A DNA stretch of 64,000 bases from a bacterium (GTDB lineage: Bacteria; Zhuqueibacterota; QNDG01). Position numbers and translations under genes: made by a program. A model generated the notes under the pieces. The model had not been told where the DNA came from and ran no database searches. It saw only the letters and a program-made list of their open reading frames with translations. Of the stretch, positions 47,889 through 57,618 are shown in pieces (the first letter of the stretch is position 1; every line of letters begins with the position of its first letter). The stretch lies in assembly GCA_021158245.1 (NCBI GenBank), contig JAGGVB010000176.1, forward strand, positions 8,105 through 72,104, given 5' to 3'.

Positions 47889-49291
47889 TCTTTTACTCCG
47901 GAATCGGCTTTATTGTCTGTTTTTTCAATTGTAATTCCTGTGTATCCGTAGAATATTGATATCATAGGAGTTATATAGTTAAGAAAAGCATATGGCAGAT
48001 AGAGCAGGGGATAAACTCCGAGTGTTGCGTACATGTAAGCTCCGCCTGAGTTCCATGGAATCAGCGATGATGAAAGAGTTGCGGAGTCTTCAAGACATCT
48101 TGAAAGATTTTTCGGATGGAGATGAAAGGCATCAAAAGCGTCTTTGTACATTCTTCCCGGAATAACAATTGACATATACTGGTCGCATGTAATAATGTTT
48201 GAACTTATGCAGCTGAATATTGTTGTGGCAATCAGAGATCCCGGGCGTTTTACACGTTTCAGCAAAGACAAAGCCATTGTCTGCAGCATACCTGTTTTTT
48301 CCATAATTCCGCCAAATGAGAGGGCGCACATAATCAGAGCGACTGTATTCATCATACTTGTCAGGCCGCCTCTTGTAAGCAGGCTGTCAACTGTCTCAAT
48401 GCCTGTGGCTGATGTAGTACCCTGAAATGCGGCAGAAATTATTTGAGGCATGGTTGATGATTGAAATGCCATTCCGAAAATTCCGCCTAAAACAGTACCT
48501 CCGAGAAGAGCGGGGAGAGGCGGGACTTTAAATATAACCATAACAATAACAAGTATGGGTGGAATCAGGAGAACAGGATTAATTGTGTAATTAGATCCAA
48601 GTGCGGATTTTATTGATTCAATACCGTGGGCATCAATCTGGCCGTCTGCAAGATGAAATCCGATCAAGAGGTACAGGACAGCAGCAATAATATAGGCAGG
48701 TACAGTTGTGTAAACCATGTGCCTTATGTGAGTAAATATATCAGTTCCCGCTACAGCAGGAGCAAGGTTTGTAGTGTCTGAGAGGGGAGACATTTTATCA
48801 CCGAAGTATGAACCGGAAATAATTGCTCCTGCAACCATTGCGACAGGTATTCCAAGGCCTTTCCCTACTCCTATTAAAGCAACGCCCACAGTTCCTGCTG
48901 TGGACCATGATGAGCCTGTACCGAGAGATACGATGGAGCAGATAAGAAGGGTTGCGAAAAGGAAAATTTTCGGAGACAATATCTCAAGGCCGTAATAAAT
49001 CATTGAAGGTACGATTCCTCCGAGAATCCATGTCCCGATCATTGTACCGACAATCATCAGGATAAGTATTGACCCCATTGCAAGGGTTATTCCGTGCACT
49101 ATTCCATTCCTTATATCTATCCATTTCATGCCGAATATTGCTGCAATCGTTGCCGCAACAGCCGTAGAAAGAATAAGGGGTATGTGAGCATCAAGCCTTA
49201 ATATTGCAATTACATAAACAAGGGTCATAATTAAAAATATTATAGGGATAAGGGCAACTATAAGGGGTATGGGGCGGATGTGATCTTGCAT
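47885..49291 (-). CDS. NhaC-family antiporter, paralog 2 (tandem duplicate).
   Basis: About 65-70% identical by eye to the downstream paralog over long blocks. Nucleotide similarity also shows as shared antisense ORF fragments ('ERGDILSPKY.PEIIAPATI' at 47242-47439 and 48774-48995). 4-nt overlap with paralog 1. Confidence 0.85.
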   Translation of the reverse strand: MQDHIRPIPLIVALIPIIFLIMTLVYVIAILRLDAHIPLILSTAVAATIAAIFGMKWIDIRNGIVHGITLAMGSILILMIVGTMIGTWILGGIVPSMIYYGLEILSPKIFLFATLLICSIVSLGTGSSWSTAGTVGVALIGVGKGLGIPVAMVAGAIISGSYFGDKMSPLSDTTNLAPAVAGTDIFTHIRHMVYTTVPAYIIAAVLYLLIGFHLADGQIDAHGIESIKSALGSNYTINPVLLIPPILVIVMVIFKVPPLPALLGGTVLGGIFGMAFQSSTMPQIISAAFQGTTSATGIETVDSLLTRGGLTSMMNTVALIMCALSFGGIMEKTGMLQTMALSLLKRVKRPGSLIATTIFSCISSNIITCDQYMSIVIPGRMYKDAFDAFHLHPKNLSRCLEDSATLSSSLIPWNSGGAYMYATLGVYPLLYLPYAFLNYITPMISIFYGYTGITIEKTDNKADSGVKE

Positions 49292-49426
49292 AGCCTTCCT
49301 TTCTTTGAATGCCGGGATTCTTTAAATATTTTGTGATACAGAGAATAAACAATATACAGAACATTTTACTTAAAGTATTAAATAAACAACAGGAAAGATA
49401 TAGAAGGATTGCCGAAAAAGCAGAAT

Positions 49427-50011
49427 TTATTCATTTTCTTGCTGATCGTTGTTTTCCTTGTCCAGTTTTTCCCTGAGTTCGTTTATGGCATCTCTGTACC
49501 GCGCGGCATCTTCGTAGCGTTCTTCACGTATTGCCATTTGCAGCAGCATATTTAAAGATTTTAATTCCTCTTCTTCGCTTAATTCAGGCGTATCGGTTTC
49601 GCTGCTTATGGATGCCCGTTTCATTACTTCTTCTTCAACAAAAATCGGTGAATTTGTGCGCAGTGCAAGTGCAATGGCATCACTCGGCCTTGCATCCATA
49701 ATAATAGTATTATCATTATGAGTTATGTTTAGTACAGCATAGTATGTATTGTCTTTAAGGTCATTTACTGTAACCTGAGATACAGAAGCATTTACCGAAT
49801 CAAGAATATTTCTCAGAAGGTCGTGAGTCATGGGCCTGGGCAGCACCATATCTTCTAACTGAACTGCAATTGCATGGGCTTCGGCAGGGCCTACAACAAT
49901 AGGAAGCCATCTTTTGTATATTTCATCTTTTAAAATGACTACGAATCTATCGCTTGATGTGTCAAGGGTCACTCGATCAACTTTAACAGCCACTATCATT
50001 TTTCCGCCCAT
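49427..50011 (-). CDS. Bifunctional nuclease (DUF151/BFN) with C-terminal UVR motif.
   Basis: BFN-like N-terminal domain (IVAVKVDRVTLD...PIVVGPAEAHAIAVQLE...RPMTHDLL) followed by a UvrB/UvrC-type helix (AIREERYEDAARYRDAINELREK). 194 aa. Confidence 0.75.
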   Translation of the reverse strand: MGGKMIVAVKVDRVTLDTSSDRFVVILKDEIYKRWLPIVVGPAEAHAIAVQLEDMVLPRPMTHDLLRNILDSVNASVSQVTVNDLKDNTYYAVLNITHNDNTIIMDARPSDAIALALRTNSPIFVEEEVMKRASISSETDTPELSEEEELKSLNMLLQMAIREERYEDAARYRDAINELREKLDKENNDQQENE

Positions 50012-50091
50012 TGGAATAGAATGTAAATTCCGGAATTTATCCCTTTAACAGAATATATATAAAAATATTTAAAATCAAGTAGAAATTAAGC

Positions 50092-50865
50092 TTACTGTTT
50101 ATCCTTTAAAATATTATCTTTGCTGATTTCAGGGAAATCGATATTAACATGCAGCATAGATCGAAAGATATTTCGTTTTATATTTGCATTGGGTTCTGTT
50201 TTTTGAAGTACAGATAATATCTCTTTAATCTTCTGCCTTCTCGTTTTTCCGTCAACAGGGCACAGATTCGGAATTATCGGAACGCCAATCTCTTTTGCTG
50301 CTGATTTTACAAGGGTTTCAGGAACGAGTGCAAGCGGGCGGATAATCTCCAATGTTCCGGAGAACACAGGCTGGACAGGGTTCATGCTTTCAATTTTTCT
50401 TCCGTAAAGAATATTTATAAGCAGGGTTTCTATTATATCATCCTGATGATGCCCGTAAGCAATTTTATTACATCTGTTTCTATGTGCAAATTTGTAAATT
50501 TCTTCCCTTCTCTTCATTGAGCAAATAAAACAGGGATTTTTTTTTGCATCAGGATCCAGAGCTGCCTTGCTGATCTGTGTCTGAATAATTTTAATATCAA
50601 TACCGGAATCCTGACAGAATTTTTGAAGTTTGGTCAGATAATGATTTTTTCCCTTAAACCCCAGGTCGATATGTACGGCACAGATATCAAAGTCATGATA
50701 AATATGAAGTTTGAAATCTGAAAGCATGTGAAGCAGTACAAGGCTGTCAGCCCCTCCTGACACTCCTACTGTTATGCAGTCTCCTGCTTCAATCATATGA
50801 TAGCCGGTTATTGCTTTCTGCATCAGCCTGCGAATTCTTTTATATTGGGCCGAAGGATTTTTCAT
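50092..50865 (-). CDS. ttcA: tRNA 2-thiocytidine(32) synthetase-like PP-loop ATPase.
   Basis: PP-loop VGVSGGADS and Cys motifs CFICSMKRR / NLCPVDG. Colinear by eye with E. coli TtcA ([24 protein letters not shown] vs IAYGHHQDDIIETLLINILYGRKI). 257 aa. Confidence 0.85.
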   Translation of the reverse strand: MKNPSAQYKRIRRLMQKAITGYHMIEAGDCITVGVSGGADSLVLLHMLSDFKLHIYHDFDICAVHIDLGFKGKNHYLTKLQKFCQDSGIDIKIIQTQISKAALDPDAKKNPCFICSMKRREEIYKFAHRNRCNKIAYGHHQDDIIETLLINILYGRKIESMNPVQPVFSGTLEIIRPLALVPETLVKSAAKEIGVPIIPNLCPVDGKTRRQKIKEILSVLQKTEPNANIKRNIFRSMLHVNIDFPEISKDNILKDKQ

Positions 50866-50883
50866 GAAATCATTCCCATACAG

Positions 50884-51774
50884 CTAGTTTTTTATCTCAA
50901 GCAATTTGATAACAGCAGGTGTAAAATCTTTTAGTGTTTTAATGCGGCTTCTCAGATATTCCGCTCCTTCTCCCCAGACCATTGATAAAGCAGGATTTCT
51001 GGTATGAGTTTTTATTGAAAGGTCCTCAATATTTCCGTGATCGCTTGTGATAATCAGAGTTGCTTTTGACAGGTCTGAGATATTCAGTATATTTTGTATA
51101 AATCGGTCAAGTTTTTTCATTATAGCCTCTGCCTGACTCATGTCTCTGCTGTGCCCTGCTCTGTCTGTTAAAAAATATTCATAAAGTGTAAAGTCGTATT
51201 TGTCAGATTCTCTGCACAGAATTTCTGCTGCTTCGGAGCAGGAGAATTCAGGTACATCAAAGCCCCTTTGAATCAGCTCTATGTTTGTAAAATCATGATA
51301 AATAGACCTGCCGGAACGCATGTCGTCTAGGTTGTAAAAATAGAGCCCTCCTGCAAGTGCTGCAACAGTAGTAACTGAAAGGCGGTATTTCTGATCTTCT
51401 GACAGATTGAAAAAGATTGGCCTGAAAGTATTTATAAATGTGCCTGATCTGTTATTTTTTTTGATCTGTTTAAATATCGATTTTTCCTTCAGAAGATTTC
51501 TCAAATCCCTGTTTGGAAAACCCGGGAGGTGTCTTCCGAGAAGTTTTGAAGCGTTTATACCTGTAAAAAGGGTTGTCTGGCCTGTTGCACTTTGGGGCAG
51601 CCCCTCAACTCCGAGACATGCATCAGTTGGTATTAAAATACCGTTTTCGGGAATGATACCAGGCCTGTCAGCAGAGCAGCGGAAAATACTCAGATCCCTG
51701 TTGCTTAACGGATTATAGGCTGCCGAATCTCTACCAATACCTATGCCGTCTATGAAGATCATGATGACTTTCAT
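50884..51774 (-). CDS. Metalloenzyme-superfamily (PF01676; phosphopentomutase/iPGM-like) protein.
   Basis: N-terminal IMIFIDGIGIG and C-terminal LIITSDHGN metal-binding motifs. Start placed at Met15 of the ORF-track protein (MKVIMIF) so that it abuts the era stop with an ATGA-type overlap. The longer ORF would overlap era by 46 nt. Confidence 0.6.
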   Translation of the reverse strand: MKVIMIFIDGIGIGRDSAAYNPLSNRDLSIFRCSADRPGIIPENGILIPTDACLGVEGLPQSATGQTTLFTGINASKLLGRHLPGFPNRDLRNLLKEKSIFKQIKKNNRSGTFINTFRPIFFNLSEDQKYRLSVTTVAALAGGLYFYNLDDMRSGRSIYHDFTNIELIQRGFDVPEFSCSEAAEILCRESDKYDFTLYEYFLTDRAGHSRDMSQAEAIMKKLDRFIQNILNISDLSKATLIITSDHGNIEDLSIKTHTRNPALSMVWGEGAEYLRSRIKTLKDFTPAVIKLLEIKN

Positions 51775-52685
51775 AAATATCCGAGATCCTTCAGTTTTGC
51801 GGGGTTTTTTCTCCACCCTTTTCGGACCTGTATGTGAAGCTCAAGGAAAATACTCCTTCCCAGAAATTTCTCAATTTCTGCACGGGCTGCTGTTCCCAGT
51901 TTTTTTAATGCCCTTGCCTGTCTGCCTATCATAATTCCTTTTTGTGAGCTTCTTTCAACAAGTATTGCTGCAGAGACAAAATCTTTTCTGTGCGGGCGTT
52001 CTTTGAATTCTGTAATTTTTACTGCAGTTGCATACGGGATTTCTTCGTCGAACTGTAAAAAGATCTGCTCTCTGATTATTTCAGCAACAAAAAAACGTTC
52101 GGGTTCATCAGAGATGATGTCTGGAGGGTAGAAGGGCATTCCTGAAGGCAGATTCTCAAGTGTTGCAGATATCAAAACATCAAGGCCCTCTCTGTTAAGA
52201 GCTGATACAGGCAGGATATCTTTAAAAAGGCCCTTTGAATTCATTTCTGCCATAAGAGGCAGAAGCTCTTCTTTTTTTACAAGGTCTGTTTTGTTTATCA
52301 CAAGCAGGGCAGGTGTTGATGATTTTTCAGTATAGGAGAATACAATCTCATCATCTGGTGTGAGGCGTTTTGCATCTATAATCACATAGATAAGGTCAGC
52401 ATCCTTTATGGTCCTGACTGAAGTTTTAACAAGAGATTTTTGAAGCATTGTCGCAGGATCTATCAGCCCCGGAGTGTCAAGGCATATAATCTGAAAATTG
52501 TCGCCGTGAAGGATGCCGAGAATTCTGTTTCTTGTAGTTTGCGGTTTTGGAGAAACAATCGCGGTTTTCTGCTTAAGCAGGCTGTTTAAAAGAGTTGATT
52601 TACCTACATTCGGTTTGCCAATAAATGCCACATAGCCTGCGCGGAATAACCCATTGCTGATATTAGTTCCCATGTAATACCTCAA
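51771..52685 (-). CDS. era: GTPase Era.
   Basis: G1 GKPNVGKSTLLN, DTPG, NKTD and C-terminal KH domain. 304 aa. Confidence 0.95.
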   Translation of the reverse strand: MRYYMGTNISNGLFRAGYVAFIGKPNVGKSTLLNSLLKQKTAIVSPKPQTTRNRILGILHGDNFQIICLDTPGLIDPATMLQKSLVKTSVRTIKDADLIYVIIDAKRLTPDDEIVFSYTEKSSTPALLVINKTDLVKKEELLPLMAEMNSKGLFKDILPVSALNREGLDVLISATLENLPSGMPFYPPDIISDEPERFFVAEIIREQIFLQFDEEIPYATAVKITEFKERPHRKDFVSAAILVERSSQKGIMIGRQARALKKLGTAARAEIEKFLGRSIFLELHIQVRKGWRKNPAKLKDLGYL

Positions 52686-54334
52686 TAAAAGCGTCTCAGC
52701 CTTGCACCTGAATAGTAGTGATTTAATATCTGTACAAAAGATGCACCTTTAAGAGCCATCATTGCAGCTCCTGTCTGGCACATTCCTACACCGTGGCCGA
52801 ATCCCCCGCCTTTTAATATGAACTGTTCAGGAATTCCATTAATGATATCTGTTTTGTCAACAAAGAAGCACGAGCTCCAAAGTGTGGTCGAAGACAGTGC
52901 TTTTCTTATTTTCAGCTCTCTGTTGAGTAGAACTCTTCCTTTTGTCCCTGTAATCTGCATCTGAATAATACGGCCTGATACGCCCCTTGAAAGTACTTCA
53001 ATATCCAGTATCTCACCGAGGTCGCGGCCTGTTGCATTTTTAATACTCTTTTGAAGCTCTGCCTGAGACAGGTTTTTTTCCCACCTGAAATATTTTTTTG
53101 TATAATTTAGAGAGGCCGGCACATTTCCTGTAGAGTTGCAGAAAGCCATAGGTGTCTGTGTCAGCCAGCGGCGCAGATTATCCTCATTCTGAAGAGAGCC
53201 GTAATCTTTTTTAAGGGAAGAGGGCCCGTCATAACGGCCCCTTAAATATTCGGTATCAGTCCCTCCCCATACGTTTTTTGCATCTTCTGTGTGCCCTCCG
53301 CAAACAGCAGCATACACAGCATCACATATCATGTGGTTGTCCCACAGAACAAGGCCCCTTGTCTCTTTTACTGCACGGTCGCTTAATTTTGATCTTTTTG
53401 TCTGCCCGCTGTAGACCTGGCAGTGTACATCTGCACAAAGGTCAAAAGGGTCGTTGGGGTGAGCATGACCTATTTTTGCGAGGGCTTCACTGCGGGCTGC
53501 TACTGCCTGAGCCTTTAATGCTTCGAGAGGAAAAGTGTCAGGCATTTCCGAAGGCAGTACTCCCTTGAGGTATTCCTCAACAGGCAGAATGTTTATTATT
53601 GTAAGGCGTCCCTGACTGTCGATTTGAAGAGAAATCCGCTTGGGGTAGGTCCTGTTCTCAGTTGATTCCCAGTGGAAACCTTTACCTACAGGAACGTTAT
53701 AAATTGTTACAGGGGAGCCTGAAATATTTATAGGGTTAAAGGACTCGAGTATCTGCCCTGTTTTTAAATTTGTAAGTGTTATTTTACCTGCTGTTTTTTT
53801 ATCTTCATATTTTATTATAAAAGTTTCCAATTTACTGCTGATTTTGTCTCTGAAATCAGCTGCTTTGTCCCTGTTTGTAAATTTTTTGTCCAAACAGACA
53901 CGGAATATTCTATTGCCGGAATCAGAGTTATCAGAAAATGCTGTTCTTTTTGATACAGGAAGAATAAAAGTTGGTATACCCTCTTTTTTAAGTCGGATGG
54001 ACATCTCTTCTGCATTATCATAAGTAGTCATGGATCCTGCAACAAGCAAATAGAAAAACAGAGAAGGTGATGAAACAGATACTTCTGCCCGCCATTGGCT
54101 TCCTTTAATTCCCCTGGCAATAAAAGCGCCGTCATAGCTGGTGATTTCAGCATAATCTTTTATTTTAAATATTACGGGATTTTTTGTCTGAACAAGGCCT
54201 ATTTTGATATATGGTTCTTTTCTTTTTACATAAACAGGTACAGGTTTTTCCACTTTTACGGGTTCTACTGAACACCCTGCTAAGGCGATGATTATAATGA
54301 GGATAAATAAAGATATGATTCTTTTCATGGACAA
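52682..54334 (-). CDS. SpoIID/LytB-domain lipoprotein (peptidoglycan-remodelling, lytic-transglycosylase-like) with a ~250-aa N-terminal extension.
   Basis: Lipobox LAGC in the signal peptide. C-terminal half AQAVAARSEALAK...DLCADVHCQVYSG...CGGHTED matches SpoIID/LytB. 550 aa. Confidence 0.8.
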   Translation of the reverse strand: MSMKRIISLFILIIIIALAGCSVEPVKVEKPVPVYVKRKEPYIKIGLVQTKNPVIFKIKDYAEITSYDGAFIARGIKGSQWRAEVSVSSPSLFFYLLVAGSMTTYDNAEEMSIRLKKEGIPTFILPVSKRTAFSDNSDSGNRIFRVCLDKKFTNRDKAADFRDKISSKLETFIIKYEDKKTAGKITLTNLKTGQILESFNPINISGSPVTIYNVPVGKGFHWESTENRTYPKRISLQIDSQGRLTIINILPVEEYLKGVLPSEMPDTFPLEALKAQAVAARSEALAKIGHAHPNDPFDLCADVHCQVYSGQTKRSKLSDRAVKETRGLVLWDNHMICDAVYAAVCGGHTEDAKNVWGGTDTEYLRGRYDGPSSLKKDYGSLQNEDNLRRWLTQTPMAFCNSTGNVPASLNYTKKYFRWEKNLSQAELQKSIKNATGRDLGEILDIEVLSRGVSGRIIQMQITGTKGRVLLNRELKIRKALSSTTLWSSCFFVDKTDIINGIPEQFILKGGGFGHGVGMCQTGAAMMALKGASFVQILNHYYSGARLRRFY

Positions 54335-54606
54335 TTCCCGATTAATGCCTATGTCTGCATCCGTTAACTGATTTTTAAAAATTAACGGGTGAATAAAAAT
54401 ATACTTTCAGAAGGTGAGAAATGCAAGGTTAAACTATTGAATACATCCTATGGGTTCCAGGAGAGTATAAAGATAGAAGAAAATTTGCAAATATCAAATA
54501 TAAAGTCATCACTATTGAGAACACAGGAATCAAAACTTTTTAGATTTCCAAATCCGGAAGCTGTAATACTGACTTCCGGATTTGGGAAAAAAATATTTTC
54601 CGTACT

Positions 54607-57249
54607 TTACAAAGAGAACCACTTGTTGATTTTCAGCATAACAACATTAGTCGGATAAACATTAAAAAGATCTCTCATGTCAGAAGAGTAGTTGAATGTA
54701 CCGGTCTCTTCAAAACCTGTCCTTTCCTGTGACCATACAAAATAGATTGTAGAGCCTGGAGAATACTGCCATCTGATTACAAGGTTTGACCTGAACTGCC
54801 GGAAGTTAAAGTCAGGATTGGAGATTGTGTAGTCTGTTTCTGTATCATTGTTTTCATCAACATAGTATTCTCCGTTTTCCTGTGAATATGTAATTTCATC
54901 TTCTGTAAAAGTATGGAATCTGTCGGAATAATTCTCAGCTCTCGGAGATGTAATCCTTTTAATTTTTGAATATGACCCTGCGGAAACAAAGGGCTGTCCG
55001 TAGAATTGTATTGAAAGGTTTGGTGTAAGGCAAAGGTCAAACCTGAGGACCAGCCCAAGAGTTTTCTGGTTAATCAAACCCAGAATATATTTTTTCTCAC
55101 TGCCTTTTTCAATAGTATCAATATACTGGAGATTGTCTCTGTTTACACTGTAAAAGGGGCTTGCGGAGATGGAGAAGAGATCGCTGGTACGCAGCCTTAT
55201 TCCCGCACGAATGCTTCGATTGAAAGAAATTTTGTCGTCACTTCTGTTTGCAGAGAATGAAAGATCTGCCCGTATTTTTTTTCTGCGATCTGTATTAACA
55301 GATGTCCACAAGTTCCATGACCCCGGTTCCAGCACTGAAGGCCCGCCCCTCAGCATTGATGAGGAGAGTCCCTGTCTGCTTCTGTTTATGCCGGAATGAA
55401 GTCCCCACTGGTTTTTAAACCGGACATGGTAATTAATATTACCGCCCATTGCAGTGTGTTCTCTGCCAAAATTCCATGCATTCCACTGATTGAAATTGAT
55501 CCTTATAGAATTGAAAATTGAAAACGGTTGCCAGATATGATACTGAACCCATGAAAACTGAATAAATGAGTCTGCTGATCTCATATAACCCAGATCATTA
55601 AGTTCCAATCCGGGAGATCTCCACGTGCCACCTGTCATAAAATTGATATGGCTGTTTCCGACTTTCCCGAATACAAGTGTGCCGCCGAAACCGTTAAGGT
55701 TAGTTCTGGAAGAGTCGAGATTTACATAGTCTGCATCAGGCCTCTGGAAATATCTAACAGGAGATGTCTGAGCATCCAGGATTGCATCAGTGCTTCCTGA
55801 TATGTGGCTGAATATTGAGATGAACTGTAAAATATACGATCTGTTGTGCCAGGAGTGGTTAATGTCAATCCCTCCTGTTGTAGCTTTTCTGTTTAAAAAT
55901 TCCAGATGTGAATCAGTAATGTTTCTGTAAGTATTGGTAATCATACCGCCGATTGTTGTGGCTCCTTTATTAAAATCTTTTTTTACCCGGCTGACAAAGT
56001 AGTTTGTCAGAGGTTCTACTGCGATGTTTCTTCTGTCTCCGAGATTGTCAATTTCACCGAATTCCTTTGACGTAACAGCATCCATAATCCCAATAGAAAG
56101 TCCGGACTTTGTTTTACCTGTCAATTTTGCAGCGCCGATAATTGATGAACTCTGCGGCATGCGGAGATATTCATTATCATTAAGATCAGGATCATAGCTG
56201 CATGATTTGCCAATGCGTCTTGAATAGAACAGGTTTGCATTGGACATATCTCCGTCGCCAATCATTAATTTGTATGAAAGAATGTTATTTCCCTCAACAA
56301 AGAAGGGGCGTTTCTCCTTATAAAAGGTTTCGTATGCTGTAAGATTAACTACAGATGGATCTGCTTCAACCTGGCCGAAGTCAGGATTTATAGTAAAATC
56401 CAGTGTTAAATCACTTGTAACACCAATCTTGCCGTCAAGGCCAAAATCAATATTTGCGCTTCTTCCTGTTCTAAACGGGTTGCCTGGTTCCCGCTTTTCC
56501 GCTTCTCCTTTTGCCAGTGAATAGGGAAGAATTTCAAATCTTTGCTTAGGTTTTATATTGTTTATTCCGTGGAGTTCTCCGATCATATGAATCAATCCAG
56601 GTGCATCCTTTGGTATTGGCTGCCAAAAATCCATCTCACTTTTTCTGAAAATTTGCCTTGCAATTTCTAAACCCCAGATTTGATTTTGCTTTTTGCCGAA
56701 CCGTAGCTGACTCAGAGGGATTCCAAATTCAGCTGTCCAGCCCTGATCATCAATTTTTGTTTTAACGTTCCATACCAGATCAAGAGATTCATCCTGAGAT
56801 TGCCCGTCATTTGAAAACACCATATCTGCCTGTACTCCTGCTGCATTCACTGTAAAGCCGAATGCTGTTCTGTGGTCAAAATAACTGTCAAAAACCACAG
56901 AAACATTGTCCCCGTCAGGATTATCTCTTCTTGCAAGTCTTTTGTCAATTTTGTCCGGCTCTGTGTCAAAGGCTCTGATTGCAACGTAGATGTTTTTATC
57001 ATCATATAAAATTTTAAAAGCAGTTTTTTGTGAAGGGGCTGCTCCGTTTGCAGGTTCAAACTGGGTGAAATCACTCTGCCATTCAACAAGATTCCATACA
57101 TTATCAGTCAGATTCCCGTCAATTTTCGGAGGAGACGGTAGAGCCCTTTTTGTGTTGTATATTCGGACTTGTTTTTGTTCTTCGGAAAATAGGGATGTTG
57201 ATAGGGAAAGTGTGCTGAGGATTAGTACTGCTAAAATGGTTTTTTTCAT
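54607..57249 (-). CDS. Secreted/outer-membrane protein with N-terminal CBM9-like (DOMON-like) domain and large DUF5916-like C-terminal region.
   Basis: Signal peptide and a CBM9-like block (IDGNLTDNVWNLVEWQSDFTQFEPANG...FKILYDDKNIYVAIRAF). The rest is beta-rich and Gly/Ser/Asn/aromatic-rich. The DUF5916 assignment is from memory and is uncertain. 880 aa. Confidence 0.6.
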   Translation of the reverse strand: MKKTILAVLILSTLSLSTSLFSEEQKQVRIYNTKRALPSPPKIDGNLTDNVWNLVEWQSDFTQFEPANGAAPSQKTAFKILYDDKNIYVAIRAFDTEPDKIDKRLARRDNPDGDNVSVVFDSYFDHRTAFGFTVNAAGVQADMVFSNDGQSQDESLDLVWNVKTKIDDQGWTAEFGIPLSQLRFGKKQNQIWGLEIARQIFRKSEMDFWQPIPKDAPGLIHMIGELHGINNIKPKQRFEILPYSLAKGEAEKREPGNPFRTGRSANIDFGLDGKIGVTSDLTLDFTINPDFGQVEADPSVVNLTAYETFYKEKRPFFVEGNNILSYKLMIGDGDMSNANLFYSRRIGKSCSYDPDLNDNEYLRMPQSSSIIGAAKLTGKTKSGLSIGIMDAVTSKEFGEIDNLGDRRNIAVEPLTNYFVSRVKKDFNKGATTIGGMITNTYRNITDSHLEFLNRKATTGGIDINHSWHNRSYILQFISIFSHISGSTDAILDAQTSPVRYFQRPDADYVNLDSSRTNLNGFGGTLVFGKVGNSHINFMTGGTWRSPGLELNDLGYMRSADSFIQFSWVQYHIWQPFSIFNSIRINFNQWNAWNFGREHTAMGGNINYHVRFKNQWGLHSGINRSRQGLSSSMLRGGPSVLEPGSWNLWTSVNTDRRKKIRADLSFSANRSDDKISFNRSIRAGIRLRTSDLFSISASPFYSVNRDNLQYIDTIEKGSEKKYILGLINQKTLGLVLRFDLCLTPNLSIQFYGQPFVSAGSYSKIKRITSPRAENYSDRFHTFTEDEITYSQENGEYYVDENNDTETDYTISNPDFNFRQFRSNLVIRWQYSPGSTIYFVWSQERTGFEETGTFNYSSDMRDLFNVYPTNVVMLKINKWFSL

Positions 57250-57618
57250 TTTTTCTCCATATTCTGTTTTTAAATTTTATTTATAATCTATTTTATAACC
57301 AGTTTAATTAATTGCCCTGTCAGCATTTCTCCATATGAATATACGAACGCAATTAAAAAAAGTTACTTGTGTATATTTTAAAAATATCGGTTATCCAAAA
57401 CTTTTTTTAAAAGAGGAGGCTTTTCTGATTGTAGAATGCATTGCAACCTGGAAAAAAATAGGAAATATAAAATAATGATTTTGTTTTAATGGATTAAAAG
57501 TTATATTATAAATTGTAAGTATTGGAATACAGTTTGTTATTTTTGAAACCAAAAAAAAATATTTGCGTATGATTAAGTACTGCTTGTCAAATCTATCTAA
57601 ATTGCCGGAGAATTAATA

